From NCBI GenBank assembly GCA_004764695.1, contig SMSO01000025.1:558001-622000 (forward strand): a stretch of 64,000 bases of DNA, read 5' to 3'. Numbering within the stretch: the stretch's first letter is position 1; each line of letters starts with the position of its first letter. The translations under genes were made by a program, and so were the position numbers. The notes below the pieces were generated by a model. That model saw only the letters and a list, made by a program, of their open reading frames with translations, was not told the origin of the DNA and ran no database searches. This document shows positions 53,413-64,000 of the stretch, piece after piece. The stretch comes from Schizochytrium sp. TIO01 (taxonomy: Eukaryota; Protista; Bigyra: Labyrinthulomycetes).

Positions 53413-55320
53413 ATGGTGAAAGTTCTCTTCGCTGGCGATGTCCAGGGCCGCCTGGGTGCTCTTGCAGACAAGGTTGAGGCGCTGAACGCCTCCAAGCATG
53501 GTCCTTTTGACGCTGTGTTTTGTGTGGGCGAGTTTTTTCCTCCACAAGGCCGAGGTGCCTCCAAAACTAATACAGTTGATCTCGAAGACTTTGTTAATGG
53601 TTCAAGACGTTTCCCTATCCCCTTGTATTTTGTGGCGGGAAAATATGGTCATGAGAAGCTTCAAGCCGATGGCTGCGAGCTTGGGGCAAATTTATGTTTC
53701 TTGGGCAAATGTGGTGTCAAATCTATAGGGAGTCTCAATGATCTCAAAATTGTTTTCCTTAGTGGGGCTCAAACAAATGCGAAAAAATCTGCAAACAAAT
53801 GGCAGTACACGGATAACGACGTGGATGCACTCGCAACAGTTCTGAAATCTGAGCAAGAATCGACCTCCTGGAGTCAGCCTGATCTGCTTCTCACTTGCGA
53901 ATGGCCTGCGGATAGTTTGCTTAACCTTGAAGAAACGCAGCTACCATCTATGGCACCAAGTAATGCGGTTTCTACGCATGTAAAGACGCTTTGTGTAGCT
54001 GCCACTCCTCGTTATCACTTTGTCGGCAAAGAGGGCCTGTTCTATGCACGCCCACCTTTTCGCAACGGCCTGCAAGCGGCAACAACTGTTCTCCATGAAG
54101 ACGGACCCCAGCCCGGTTTTACGCGCATGATTGCGCTTGGGCGTGTGGACCCCGCGAACCAGGATAAAAACCGAAAGTGGCTTCACGCCTTGGCTCTAGA
54201 ACCTCAATGGAAACAGAAACAACAGGGAGAACAAGAAAAGGTCCCAGAGTTGGCGCCATGCCCATTTGCGCCAGACGCTGTTGCAAAGGCAGCTTCTGTC
54301 GCAAAAGCAGCTGCTGCAAAAGGTGCAGGGGGTGACATCAAAACTACAAACCCATCTGGCAAGCTCACGCAGGCTCAAATCCAACGGCTGCATGCACAAG
54401 ACGCAGCTGAAAACTCACAATACTTTTTTGGGAGTAAAAGGAAGCGTAAGAATGATGGTAAAACGGGACGTCGTACGAAACGTAAGCGAAGAAACAATGT
54501 TGCGCCACGCCCAGACTGTTGGTACTGTCTTGCAAGCCCCTCCTGTGAGACCCACCTTATTGTCAGTCTTGCAGAAGATGTATATTTGTCTCTCCCCAAG
54601 GGTAGTTTGTCGGCCCAGCATGTACAAATTGTTCCCATTGGCCACGAAGAGAGCTTTGCTGCTTTGGAAGAGTCTTCACTACTCGAAGCCCTCAAGTTCA
54701 AACAAGGAATTAAAGACTTCTACGCCTCATTTGACTGTGTCCCTCTTTTCTTTGAGCGAAACGTTATTCTCCTCAAGGCCATGCAGCGTCATGCATTCTT
54801 GGAGGCAATCCCTCTTCCTATGTCGAGCACGCCGCAAATTTTTGAGGCTCTCAAACGCGAAGCCGATCGATGCAAGGTATCCTTTGATGAAGAGTTGCCG
54901 GATTTGACCCCAGCTGATTTTCCCGAACTCCCCGCTCAGTTTCGTTCTGATGGCCTGGTCAAACTCAAGGCTCACATGGGTGATTCTGCGCAGGAATATC
55001 TTTTCATTGAGGTACCTGGAATTTTGAGCCCTCGTTTACACCTGATTCCTGAAGATCCATCCATGGTTGATGAAGAAGAAGAAGGTAATAATGCCGCTGC
55101 TGTTGCTGCCGCTAATAAGACTGACCCTGCAATTAAGGAAGCGCGTAAGCGGATCCCGTTGGAGTTCGGGCGCCAACTTGCCTGCTCCTTATTGCGTTGC
55201 ATGCATCGCGTCTCCTGGAAGGATTGTATCGTTCCTCAAGACCTTGAAACCCGCATGGCCACCGCATTCAAAGACGGCTTCAAACCTTTTGACCCATTCC
55301 AGGAAGCTGAGTCTAACTAA
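53413..55320 (+). CDS. CWF19L1: CWF19-like protein 1 (Drn1): metallophosphoesterase-like N-terminus plus CwfJ domains
   Basis: GDVQG...GPFDAVFCVGEFF, DLLLTCEWP, PRYHF, YARPPF, CWYCLASP, HLIVS, PKG...H..IVPI.H, FGRQL, W.DC. Confidence 0.93.
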   Translation: MVKVLFAGDVQGRLGALADKVEALNASKHGPFDAVFCVGEFFPPQGRGASKTNTVDLEDFVNGSRRFPIPLYFVAGKYGHEKLQADGCELGANLCFLGKCGVKSIGSLNDLKIVFLSGAQTNAKKSANKWQYTDNDVDALATVLKSEQESTSWSQPDLLLTCEWPADSLLNLEETQLPSMAPSNAVSTHVKTLCVAATPRYHFVGKEGLFYARPPFRNGLQAATTVLHEDGPQPGFTRMIALGRVDPANQDKNRKWLHALALEPQWKQKQQGEQEKVPELAPCPFAPDAVAKAASVAKAAAAKGAGGDIKTTNPSGKLTQAQIQRLHAQDAAENSQYFFGSKRKRKNDGKTGRRTKRKRRNNVAPRPDCWYCLASPSCETHLIVSLAEDVYLSLPKGSLSAQHVQIVPIGHEESFAALEESSLLEALKFKQGIKDFYASFDCVPLFFERNVILLKAMQRHAFLEAIPLPMSSTPQIFEALKREADRCKVSFDEELPDLTPADFPELPAQFRSDGLVKLKAHMGDSAQEYLFIEVPGILSPRLHLIPEDPSMVDEEEEGNNAAAVAAANKTDPAIKEARKRIPLEFGRQLACSLLRCMHRVSWKDCIVPQDLETRMATAFKDGFKPFDPFQEAESN

Positions 55321-56250
55321 ATCTATTGCAAGTTAAAAATATCTCCTATTATGTTTAGCCCTCTTTCCGTCAACTTTCTTCTGGTCCTGCTGCTTTGGAA
55401 AACAAATCTAATATAAATGTGTCATAATCTTCTCTTATTTCAGCATTTTTACTTCTGAAGTTTATGTACAAGTTTGTCTTCTCCAAAGTAGGTGGGTATA
55501 TGTAGCGACCATTTCTGAACAACAGTTTTAAAACGTCAAATTGTTATCTTAACATCGCCATTTCAAGAAGAAGACGATATTCACGGCAAAAAGACCTCCG
55601 ATATAAATACTACTCTCATAGCAAATTTTATTTCTTACTTACTTTCCTAAAATTCATACTCGCTTGAAGGTATGTCTGCGCCATTCTTGTTTGTGTCTGT
55701 ATTATCATGGTTACCATTTCCAGAGGCTAAAGCGACTCTTTATGACTAAGAGCTAGATAGGCATATATAATACATATTTAGGTGCCCCCTAATTGTATAT
55801 AGTGCGTATCTCGCATTCCTAGACTCCTATTTCTTGTTGCCGGGGGGGGGGGGGATCGTCCTCGGCCTCGTCGTGCGGGAGGGAACTTTTAGTCCATTGC
55901 CTATAACCCTCTACCTGCTACTCTCTGTGCCCTGGCACTCTGTTTCTTTCCTTTTCTCTTCGGCGAGGAGTTGGCTCCCCCCGTACCATATACTCAAGTC
56001 GTCGGCATCGGGTTGCCTTTCGAGCCTCTCCTTTCTTGATTCTTTCACTGATCCTCTTTCTTGACTGGCGAAGATCTACAACGCCCTATTTGCGCGACTG
56101 AGCCAAGCGAGAGGATTTGTCTGAGGCCCTTGCTGGAGCGTTTTTATATCAAAAAGTGAGGGGACAAATCAAGCAGCCTGAATTCTTTAATTCGAACCAC
56201 TGGTTTGCGGGCATCCCAAGCACGTCAGTTCCTCAGGTTGTTTGGGCATC

Positions 56251-57210
56251 ATGGGTAACGGATCACGGAACTACATGTACTATTACATGATCACATCAAT
56301 CATGTACTTAGCTATATCCATAGCATCATTTGTGCGGGTTAGTGACAATGCGAGTACTTGCCAGGTGGAATGCCCGCTACTCATCCGTGATTCTACCGAG
56401 TACAATTACAGTCAATGTGCGTGCTATCCAGTAGTCAACAATTCTGTATCAGGTGGCATCCAAGAGTTCGCGGCCTGGGGCTTTCCGACTCAAGCTTCAT
56501 TTGAAGAGTTTAATCAAGTAGAAAGGTATACTGCTATTCAAGAAATTTATGCAACTAGAGGACCATGCTTCATCTGTAATAGCGAGAGTCCTGGCTCTTC
56601 AACAGTGTTTGCCCCATGTGATACATACGGCGAGTGCTCACAGGAAAATGTACGGGGATTTCGTGCAGCAGACCCGTCTGGAGAATGTGAGATTCTGACG
56701 AGCCCAAATGTTCGCTTGCGTGGAACCTACGTATCTGTTTTATACGCCTTTGCTGTTTTTTACCTCTTCATGGGCGTGTGTGCAATGTTCATATCTGTTG
56801 GCTACTATTGTTTTGCTGATAAATGGGATGATGACTTTGGCCGCCTTTCACGCTTAGAGACCTGCATGGGATTTGTTAGCAAGAATGCACCATTTGCCGT
56901 GCGCATTTGCAATATCTTTGTTCTCTTTTTCTTGGTTTTTAGCATTGTTCTGACATTTGGCTATCGTGTCTGTGACACAGCTGCAAATGAGTTTGGTGAT
57001 GAAGTCTTTTTTAAGCAGATTGAGCGTCTTGTCTCTGCAGTGATTGCTGTGTGGATTCTTAGCTGTATTTTTGGTACTCTGTTTCACCAATTAGTTCCAA
57101 AGGATACACCGTTTTACGCTCCAAAGGTCCCTACCGATCATCGTGATTCTAAGCTTTACAAGTGCTGTATTTGCACAGGCCATAACCTTATTGGCAAAGT
57201 GGGTCCATAG
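56251..57210 (+). CDS. Hypothetical 4-TM membrane protein with a large Cys-rich first loop
   Basis: Four hydrophobic segments; loop with many Cys and N-x-S/T sequons; first ATG 56251. Confidence 0.8.
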   Translation: MGNGSRNYMYYYMITSIMYLAISIASFVRVSDNASTCQVECPLLIRDSTEYNYSQCACYPVVNNSVSGGIQEFAAWGFPTQASFEEFNQVERYTAIQEIYATRGPCFICNSESPGSSTVFAPCDTYGECSQENVRGFRAADPSGECEILTSPNVRLRGTYVSVLYAFAVFYLFMGVCAMFISVGYYCFADKWDDDFGRLSRLETCMGFVSKNAPFAVRICNIFVLFFLVFSIVLTFGYRVCDTAANEFGDEVFFKQIERLVSAVIAVWILSCIFGTLFHQLVPKDTPFYAPKVPTDHRDSKLYKCCICTGHNLIGKVGP

Positions 57211-57989
57211 CATTGTATGACTGTTTCTCTATTGTAATACTACTAGAACTCTAGAATTTATATCTAAAATAGTACTCTCTTCATTTGATTTCATCAATTG
57301 TTCGTTTTTTATCATCTAGGTCACTTGCATGCTCCTGTCTCTGATAAAAGTGTGCAACTCCACGCCTTACTTTGTAATTAGTTGGAGTTCACAAAATCTA
57401 AATTAGATTCTGACATGGCAAACGGCGGGCTGGAAAAATTTATAACATTTAGCGCCTATTGATCACAAGTAGTACACGGAGGTATTATGACCACCATGAT
57501 GAACAACCGACTTTCTGAAGCCCTCTTCTTCTATCTACAAAGGTGCCAGACCGTGGCCTCTTGCAGCAACGGTCGCTCCCAAGTTATCGGAATTGTCTTG
57601 CCGAAAATATGAAGAGTACTAAGAACCAGGGAAAAAAAAAAATGTGCCTCTGGTATCCCACTTCATCTATAAGAGGAGAACTTACTTACTACTAGTTCAG
57701 TTCTCCTCCTTCCTCAAGATGATCCTGACATTATTAACAGCAAGATCGTGGATAGCAGAAGCCCAAAGTTTTATCTTCCCTCAACTATCAGTTGAAATTA
57801 TGTGACTCACAGCTGAGACTCAGGGTGAATGGCCGTCATCGTTTGAGCCATTCAAGTTGAAGATTTTGAGAACTCAACTTACACACTCCCTCCTTTTGGA
57901 AAGTGTCATTTGGGAACCTTATCCGTTCCTATCACTCCATATAACCATATCTGTAGTTGTCTCAAATCACCACGACAGCCCCAGTGGGG

Positions 57990-58364
57990 AAAATTCAAAA
58001 ATTTGAATTTTTCTCTTGAGGCGTTACTTTTTGATACTCCTCCTCTTACACAGTGTTCTCTTTTTTATATAAGGGCTTAACATGACTAACTACGGAGTAC
58101 CCTCTCAAACTTAACCTCAGTGGAGGTGTGAGGGCGCTACCTTCAAATTCTATAAAAAGCTTAAACTAATTAGACTGATAACACTGATAATATTTGAATT
58201 GTTGAGAGGAGAATAATTACAGTGGATTGGGTGGGAAAAGAATGAGGGCATTGGTGGTAAAATAGTCACCACTGGAATGTGAGGGACTTTACGTAGTGGG
58301 ACTCCTTTCACTTGGGCTCAATCCTTTTACTTCCTTCATGAGTTCGAGGTCTTCAGACTTCAAA
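57990..58364. promoter_or_regulatory. Cluster of CHR-like TTTGAA/TTCAAA hexamers
   Basis: TTCAAA at 57994, 58142, 58359 and TTTGAA at 58002, 58193; the first two form the inverted repeat aaaattcaaa-aa-tttgaatttt. Confidence 0.35.
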
Positions 58365-58528
58365 CTCCATTAATTCGTGCTCTGTCCTTCTCTTGCGAGG
58401 ACTCTGCACGACTGCTTTCTTGTGAGTCTCATCTCAAAGAAGCACTTACTCTCCTTGCCGTCCACAGCACAGACGAGCTCACCGCGCACTTACTGAGGTC
58501 CTTCGATAACTTACGTCCAGCTATCCCC

Positions 58529-59215
58529 ATGAACAGCAACACCATGACCACCAAAGAGGCTTTAAAGGTCTCGACGGATATTCCTGCGAAGGAATCTCTG
58601 AAGGTTCTAACTCCGTGTAGCAGAGCAGCAATAAAGACGCCCAACAAGAGGTCCAAGGCCAAGGCCGACGATATCGGAACCGTGAAGCTCGCGACCAAGA
58701 GCCCCTCAGATGAGGTCGCGAGCCCTTTCACGAAGCTGCTTCTGGGATCCTCGGATCGCCCGATGACGCAGAAGGAGATTGCCCGCGTACTCTTCGCAAA
58801 CAACGCGAACCGCCGTCATGCTATGCGTATGGCCGCGATGAAGGAGAACAAGCCGCGCAACACGCCGGTGAAAAAAGCCTCTGCGAAAAAGTTTCGCCCA
58901 TACAAGAGCCCTACAGATGCAATGGTCAGCCCGGCCACTCGCCTTGTACGCTCTCGCAGTGGCAAGCCCGGGACTTCGTTTAATCACGAGAATGAAGCGC
59001 CGCCTCCCTTCCTTCTAGCACAAAAGCCCAAGAGCTTTGATCTTCAGAAGAGCTTTCGCATGCGTGCAAGCAGCAACGCTCGCTACAACAGCACTAGTGT
59101 CGGCCCAAACAAACTTAAAAAGAGCTCTCGGAATAACGGAAGCAATGGATCCCTCTCAAAATTAGGTGAGCGATCTGCCAATGATCATGCGTTTACGCCC
59201 ACTTCAATAATTTAA
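58529..59215 (+). CDS. Basic disordered protein with two Spo12-like SPxDxxxSP motifs and a KEN box
   Basis: KSPSDEVASPFTKLL, KSPTDAMVSPATRLV, MKENKP, CDK-type TPNK and TPVK. Confidence 0.75.
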   Translation: MNSNTMTTKEALKVSTDIPAKESLKVLTPCSRAAIKTPNKRSKAKADDIGTVKLATKSPSDEVASPFTKLLLGSSDRPMTQKEIARVLFANNANRRHAMRMAAMKENKPRNTPVKKASAKKFRPYKSPTDAMVSPATRLVRSRSGKPGTSFNHENEAPPPFLLAQKPKSFDLQKSFRMRASSNARYNSTSVGPNKLKKSSRNNGSNGSLSKLGERSANDHAFTPTSII

Positions 59216-59660
59216 GTATACAAAATGTATGCCATGGTTCTTGACCTGAAATGTAAAATAGAGGCCCGTGTCGAAAGCCACGTCTTTTATCTTTTAGTTT
59301 TAACCCAAGCCAAATTATCTGGCCGTTTTGGTTGATACTTAGAAGATGAGTAAAGCTGGCTAGCTGACAGACTTAATGATCGAATCTCCGGGTCTCCCTC
59401 CTCTTACTTTTAATGGTTGCTTCACTTTCAAGAGTCCGCCACCCACTGTACGTATGCCTAAATGTGTCATGAGCTTCCCAAGAAAGTAGTCTTGTGATCT
59501 GACTGCTCTCCCTGATATCATCAATAAATCCAAATGTATGCTTTCTTTAAAATTACAAAACGCAATGCCTTTCCTGATGTTTTAATAAATGCACTGATAT
59601 ATATTTTTTTGCAATAATATATAATATGAACACGTGGAAAATGAAATGAAATTACTTTCC

Positions 59661-61694
59661 TTAGGCTGTAGCTTGGTTTATCTGCGCAAGTTTGACCAGT
59701 TTTGCTAGTTCCAGGTTCGTCTCGTCGAGGTCAAGAGCCTTCCGGAAAGACCTCTCCATTTCGCCCCAGTCTGATAGCTTTTGAGCAAGTAAGCCTGCAC
59801 GCTTCCACAGCTTCAGCTTGAGACCCAAATCAACCTCGATTTGCTTTGCACTGCGAGGTAAATGCCCGTGCTCGTTCTCGACCCCACGTGCTTCAAGAAG
59901 CCCTAGGGCGCTGACGCAATCAACACGGGCTTCCTCAAAGTGCTCCATGCACATATAGCAAGCCGCCCGATTTGACAAAACTGTGACTGATTCAAGATCA
60001 TAATCAAGGGCTTTGTTGTAATACTTTAGAGCTTCCTCAAATGCCTTTCGACGGAATGCATTATCTCCGAGATCTTTTTGAGCTGTACATTGAACAAGAC
60101 ATAATAGCCGGGCACAATCTGCTTTCAGGTCATCATCATTTGGAGCAAGCTCCTGGGCGCGTTGATACTCAGCTAAAGCTGGCGTGTATTGTTCTTGATG
60201 ACGCAAAGCAGTTCCTTTGCGAATGTGTAATTTCTTTCTCATCTCTTTAGTACGGCGAAATTCCTTAGGTTCGTCCGAAAAGCCTTCTCGTTGAGCTAGC
60301 GCAAGCTCCTCCTCTCGTTCTTGCTTAAGGACTGAAAGAGCTTCATCACAATCCTGAACACACCGATCATGGTGACCCAGTTTAAGGAAACATGCGGCAC
60401 GATTTGAAAGGCAGCTTGCCATTTTAGGGTCGATCTCCAAAGCACATGAATAGGCATTGACAGCACCCTCAAAGTTGCTTGAACGAAAGAAATCATCACC
60501 TTTTCCTTTTAGCCAAAATGGGTCTCGCTCACTGATGTCTACTGTGTCCAGACGCTCTCGAGCTTTTCCAGTGATATGTCTACGGTTTCTTAGCAACCAA
60601 TCCTCCTCTTCCTCTTTTCGGGACTCTCTCATTGGCGTAGGAAAGACGCGTGCAGTAAAAGCAACTTTCATTCGGACACCTGAACGAGGTGGTGGAAGCA
60701 CCGCCTCAAGGTCATCATCTCCTGCTGCGGTAGTAGCGTCGGTCTCATTCTTTTTCGTTTTGATGATATTTTGCTCCTTGCCACATGTTACTCGAAGCCC
60801 AGATTCAGTGCATGCCTTACTGGCAACGTGACTCTCTTGCGCCGAAACATCTGCACCAAGGTCTTCATCGGAGAAGATTTGGTCTTCATCTTTGACCTCG
60901 ATGATAGATGTAGCAGCGAGTAGCTGTGCTTCTTCCTTTCTGTCATCTTCTGTGGTCTCGAAAGAGACCACTCGCTCTTCACCAAATGAAACATGCCTTT
61001 CACGCGTTCCTTGAATCCTCTCTAGTGTTTTCGAACAAGGTTTCAGGATGGATTTCGGACCATCTGCCTTGGTGGAGAAGTCTTGAACTTGCGTTTCACT
61101 GGGCGTAACCTTGAGATGACCACTTTGAGGAATTGTTTCCATCATGGACAACGGAGAGCTTGGCGCAGTATCTTCTCTACTTTGCTTACTTTGCTCTAAT
61201 TCGCGAAATGCTTCGTAAACTTTGCGTTCGGCTTCCTCCTTTTCCTCTGCCTTCAAGTCTTCCAGCTGCTGACGTTCCGCCTCGTCCACCGCCATCTGCA
61301 TTCTAGTGGATCGTCGTTCATCCTCAATGCGACGGTCGCGCATTTTCTTTGCTTGTTCCTGAGTTCGCTTGGTTTTATCCTCCATAGCAGCATATCGGCG
61401 TTCCTGCATTTGTTTGCGATCTTTGTGATTAGCACAGACAAGATCAGGCCAGTCGCCGTGGTCTAGCTTCTGATAATTAAGCACAAGCACTCCATCTTTC
61501 ACTGTAAGAACTTCTGTAGCCTCATCAATGAACCCGTGAAGGTCAAGATTTAGTAGGTATGGACGGTAATTTACTTTAACATAGCAGCTGCTCGCATATA
61601 CGTCCACAGATCTTACTGAAGCACGCTTGAGGGGAACCGAGACAGTGACGTCTGTTTGCGTCTGCGTCCACGAAAACTCTCCTGTGAGCACCAT
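59661..61694 (-). CDS. DNAAF4: Dynein axonemal assembly factor 4 (CS domain plus TPR)
   Basis: N-terminal CS/p23 domain (WTQT...VPLK...YVKVNYRPYLL), PPPRS...FTARVFPTPMRES...EEEDWL, ERDPFWLKGKGD, TPRs (SNRAAC). Confidence 0.93.
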   Translation of the reverse strand: MVLTGEFSWTQTQTDVTVSVPLKRASVRSVDVYASSCYVKVNYRPYLLNLDLHGFIDEATEVLTVKDGVLVLNYQKLDHGDWPDLVCANHKDRKQMQERRYAAMEDKTKRTQEQAKKMRDRRIEDERRSTRMQMAVDEAERQQLEDLKAEEKEEAERKVYEAFRELEQSKQSREDTAPSSPLSMMETIPQSGHLKVTPSETQVQDFSTKADGPKSILKPCSKTLERIQGTRERHVSFGEERVVSFETTEDDRKEEAQLLAATSIIEVKDEDQIFSDEDLGADVSAQESHVASKACTESGLRVTCGKEQNIIKTKKNETDATTAAGDDDLEAVLPPPRSGVRMKVAFTARVFPTPMRESRKEEEEDWLLRNRRHITGKARERLDTVDISERDPFWLKGKGDDFFRSSNFEGAVNAYSCALEIDPKMASCLSNRAACFLKLGHHDRCVQDCDEALSVLKQEREEELALAQREGFSDEPKEFRRTKEMRKKLHIRKGTALRHQEQYTPALAEYQRAQELAPNDDDLKADCARLLCLVQCTAQKDLGDNAFRRKAFEEALKYYNKALDYDLESVTVLSNRAACYMCMEHFEEARVDCVSALGLLEARGVENEHGHLPRSAKQIEVDLGLKLKLWKRAGLLAQKLSDWGEMERSFRKALDLDETNLELAKLVKLAQINQATA

Positions 61695-62453
61695 TCCCGC
61701 TTCTACGTGTTGTGCCCTTTCTTACGTTTAGACTTGAAACGGCAACCTTCTCAATCTGCAAGAATCTCTTTTCAGCTTGGTACTGCGAGTGTCTTTCCCG
61801 GCTTGAGGGGGCTTTGAACTACCCAGTCTCGCCGTGAAACGCTTGATGCTTTCACGAAAGTATGTTCTCACACGCTCATCAAATATGGTCGAATTGAGTA
61901 TTGATTCTATTTTTATAGCTTTGATTGTCCCAAAGAGTCCCATCATGATACTCTGCAAATATACAAGGCAAACTCAACGGACGACTTTAATTAGTAATAA
62001 TATGAGTGATATAGTGAAAACAATAATAGATGGATCAATGCCCCCAGTTTGAAAAAAAAAGAAAAAGAAAAAGAAAATATTTGCTAGCGACTTCTACTAG
62101 CTATGTAGTTTGACAGATACGATGTTTGAGGTGCAGAGAATGTAGAATAAGTACCGACACTAGTGTCTTGAAATCGTACGCGCGTGAAACCAGAAGGCAT
62201 TGCAATCTCAAACCTGCCGTTGCAACTCAGGTTCCTCCGAATGGTATTCAATTCAACATCACTAGAATTCTTCCTAATATAATCTAGATCTGCTGCAAGA
62301 GCCAAATTGATTTCCGAAGCGAGGCGACTAAATGAACTTTAATTTGGATCTGTAAATTTAAATTATGTCATTTGGTTGTTTTTAGTTGGACTGAAGAGAG
62401 CCTCCACATGTATGCTTATTTGTATTATTTTAAAAAAAGTTGCAGGTTATTTA

Positions 62454-63848
62454 TTACTTCCTTGCGCTGTTTTTCTTCTTGTTAGACCGAGCGCGCCGAG
62501 AAGCTGCAAATGCGGATTGAGGCTTTGGTGTAGATGGGGCACTTTTCGAGGAAGCAGGCACAGCGTACGGGTTTACAACACTTTCTTTCAAGGTATCTGC
62601 AGATGTACTAGCAGCCTCATTTACGTTCACAGTTGAGTTTTTCTCTGTTCGTTGCATATAATAGTCAGTTGGTAAAGGACGCGCGACCTCGGTAAATTTG
62701 CCAAAGACGGAGTCGAACCCGCTAATGATGTCATCATTCCTTTCAAGTTTTGAATCCGGGTGGGTAGCGACCTCCCAAAGAAGTTTCCGAATGTTTTCGC
62801 AATAGGTAATCTTGAGCGAGTTTAGTTTGCGCTGCGATCCAAAAGAGTTTCGATCTTTACCTACACAAATTAGAGCATAGTGAATCCATTCCAAACCTTG
62901 AGGGATGAGATCAATCTGTCCAGCTGATGCCAAATGCACCCCCTTTTCACCAAGCAAATTCACACCAACAGCAAAACCTGGAATCACATTACCAGACAAA
63001 GGAAGCATACAAGACGTTAGGGTGTGCCATGGTGCGAGAATACGCTTAACGGTAGGATACTTGACAAAGATATTTGCCTCTTCAGAAGCTTCAGGTCCAA
63101 GTCCCTCCGGCACAGCGTAACGAAGGGGTTCGAAGATCGGTGAAAGTTGCTCGGGAAGTAGCAATGTCTTGTAGGAGTCCTGCCCATTTCGCCAGTCTCC
63201 ATTGCTACCCTTTGCAGTGAGGTCTCTCAATTTAACTGCAGTTCGAGGACGATTCCGAGAGGCATACGCGATCAAAAGGCGAATCCCGAGCGGTGCATCA
63301 CGAACGCCCCCCTCTGAGTCCTCGTAATCATATTGTTCATTACGAACATAAAGGGAGGAGGCATCTTGTGTCTGATGGATTGTAAGAAGGGTCCAGACAT
63401 GACCACTGCCACCCGATTGTGCAAGCTTGATTCTGTCCCAGTATATTGGTTTCCCAGCCAACCCGCACAGTGTCATGTTTTCGGTTAGCTTGAAATTATG
63501 ACAGAAAATATCCACACTTGAATGACAGGTTTCGCTGCCATCCGTATTGTACTCAATGTGAAGGTTCAGGGAAAACTTTGCATATGAACGATTAGTCTCT
63601 CTCTGCCACTTTTGTACGGACTCTACCTGAATACTAAGGATAGAGATGCAAAGAACCTCTTGCCCATTTAGAGATACACGTTCAGCTCCATCAAAATCCT
63701 CCAATTCAAGATGCTCACGTAAAGAACGCAGTAAGTTCTCATCCGAAGGCACAAAAAGATAGTCAACAAGAGGATCCGAGTCCGCAATACTTGACCCATA
63801 TGACTCTTCAGAGTCATAGTCTAAATCAGAATCGTAAAAGTCAGCCAT
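62454..63848 (-). CDS. Hypothetical protein, ~464 aa
   Basis: Long ORF with globular-looking composition, acidic N-terminus and basic C-terminus; first ATG 63848 (frame is open further upstream); no family recognised. Confidence 0.75.
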   Translation of the reverse strand: MADFYDSDLDYDSEESYGSSIADSDPLVDYLFVPSDENLLRSLREHLELEDFDGAERVSLNGQEVLCISILSIQVESVQKWQRETNRSYAKFSLNLHIEYNTDGSETCHSSVDIFCHNFKLTENMTLCGLAGKPIYWDRIKLAQSGGSGHVWTLLTIHQTQDASSLYVRNEQYDYEDSEGGVRDAPLGIRLLIAYASRNRPRTAVKLRDLTAKGSNGDWRNGQDSYKTLLLPEQLSPIFEPLRYAVPEGLGPEASEEANIFVKYPTVKRILAPWHTLTSCMLPLSGNVIPGFAVGVNLLGEKGVHLASAGQIDLIPQGLEWIHYALICVGKDRNSFGSQRKLNSLKITYCENIRKLLWEVATHPDSKLERNDDIISGFDSVFGKFTEVARPLPTDYYMQRTEKNSTVNVNEAASTSADTLKESVVNPYAVPASSKSAPSTPKPQSAFAASRRARSNKKKNSARK

Positions 63849-64000
63849 TCCTTCCTGACCGTAGTCTTGAAATTGGGAACCCTCCTTTCTCTGTTTGTTT
63901 GAACGAGTCGAATGAATATCAAGAAGTACACTCCACACACCAGGGTGAGCATGGATTTTCGTGTCCGTAGTGTCCGATGATTTTGCCTTCTTCGACTGTT

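Noticed and set aside
55842-55854. 13-nt poly-G tract as a G-quadruplex element
   Set aside because: Single homopolymer with error-prone length and no supporting context.

Overview
Gene-dense eukaryotic DNA whose long genes read as single uninterrupted ORFs. Gene content (DNAAF4, ATXR3-like protein, B56-kinase fusion, MABP-USP), compact spacing and microsatellite-rich non-coding DNA suggest a flagellated protist, most plausibly a thraustochytrid/labyrinthulomycete (inference). About 20 protein-coding genes are present. Recognisable ones: the 3' part of an ATXR3/SDG2-like histone methyltransferase, a Dgk1-like CTP-dependent lipid kinase, a 2.6k-aa ubiquitin-specific protease, a PRUNE exopolyphosphatase, a PP2A-B56/AGC-kinase fusion, UNG, an RCC1-TBC RabGAP, TRPC4AP, RPSA, CWF19L1 and DNAAF4. 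An accessory-looking block at ~18-33 kb holds a microsatellite-dense region with an orphan ORF, decayed coding remnants, two tandem secreted formylglutamate-amidohydrolase-like/PAN proteins and a small secreted 8-Cys protein. Top leads: the B56-kinase fusion, the USP with MABP domains inserted in its catalytic core, the secreted Zn-hydrolase-PAN pair, and a Spo12-motif/KEN-box protein with a CHR-like promoter cluster. No rRNA, tRNA, CRISPR array or intact mobile element was recognised. All family calls are by-eye motif recognition; no searches were run.
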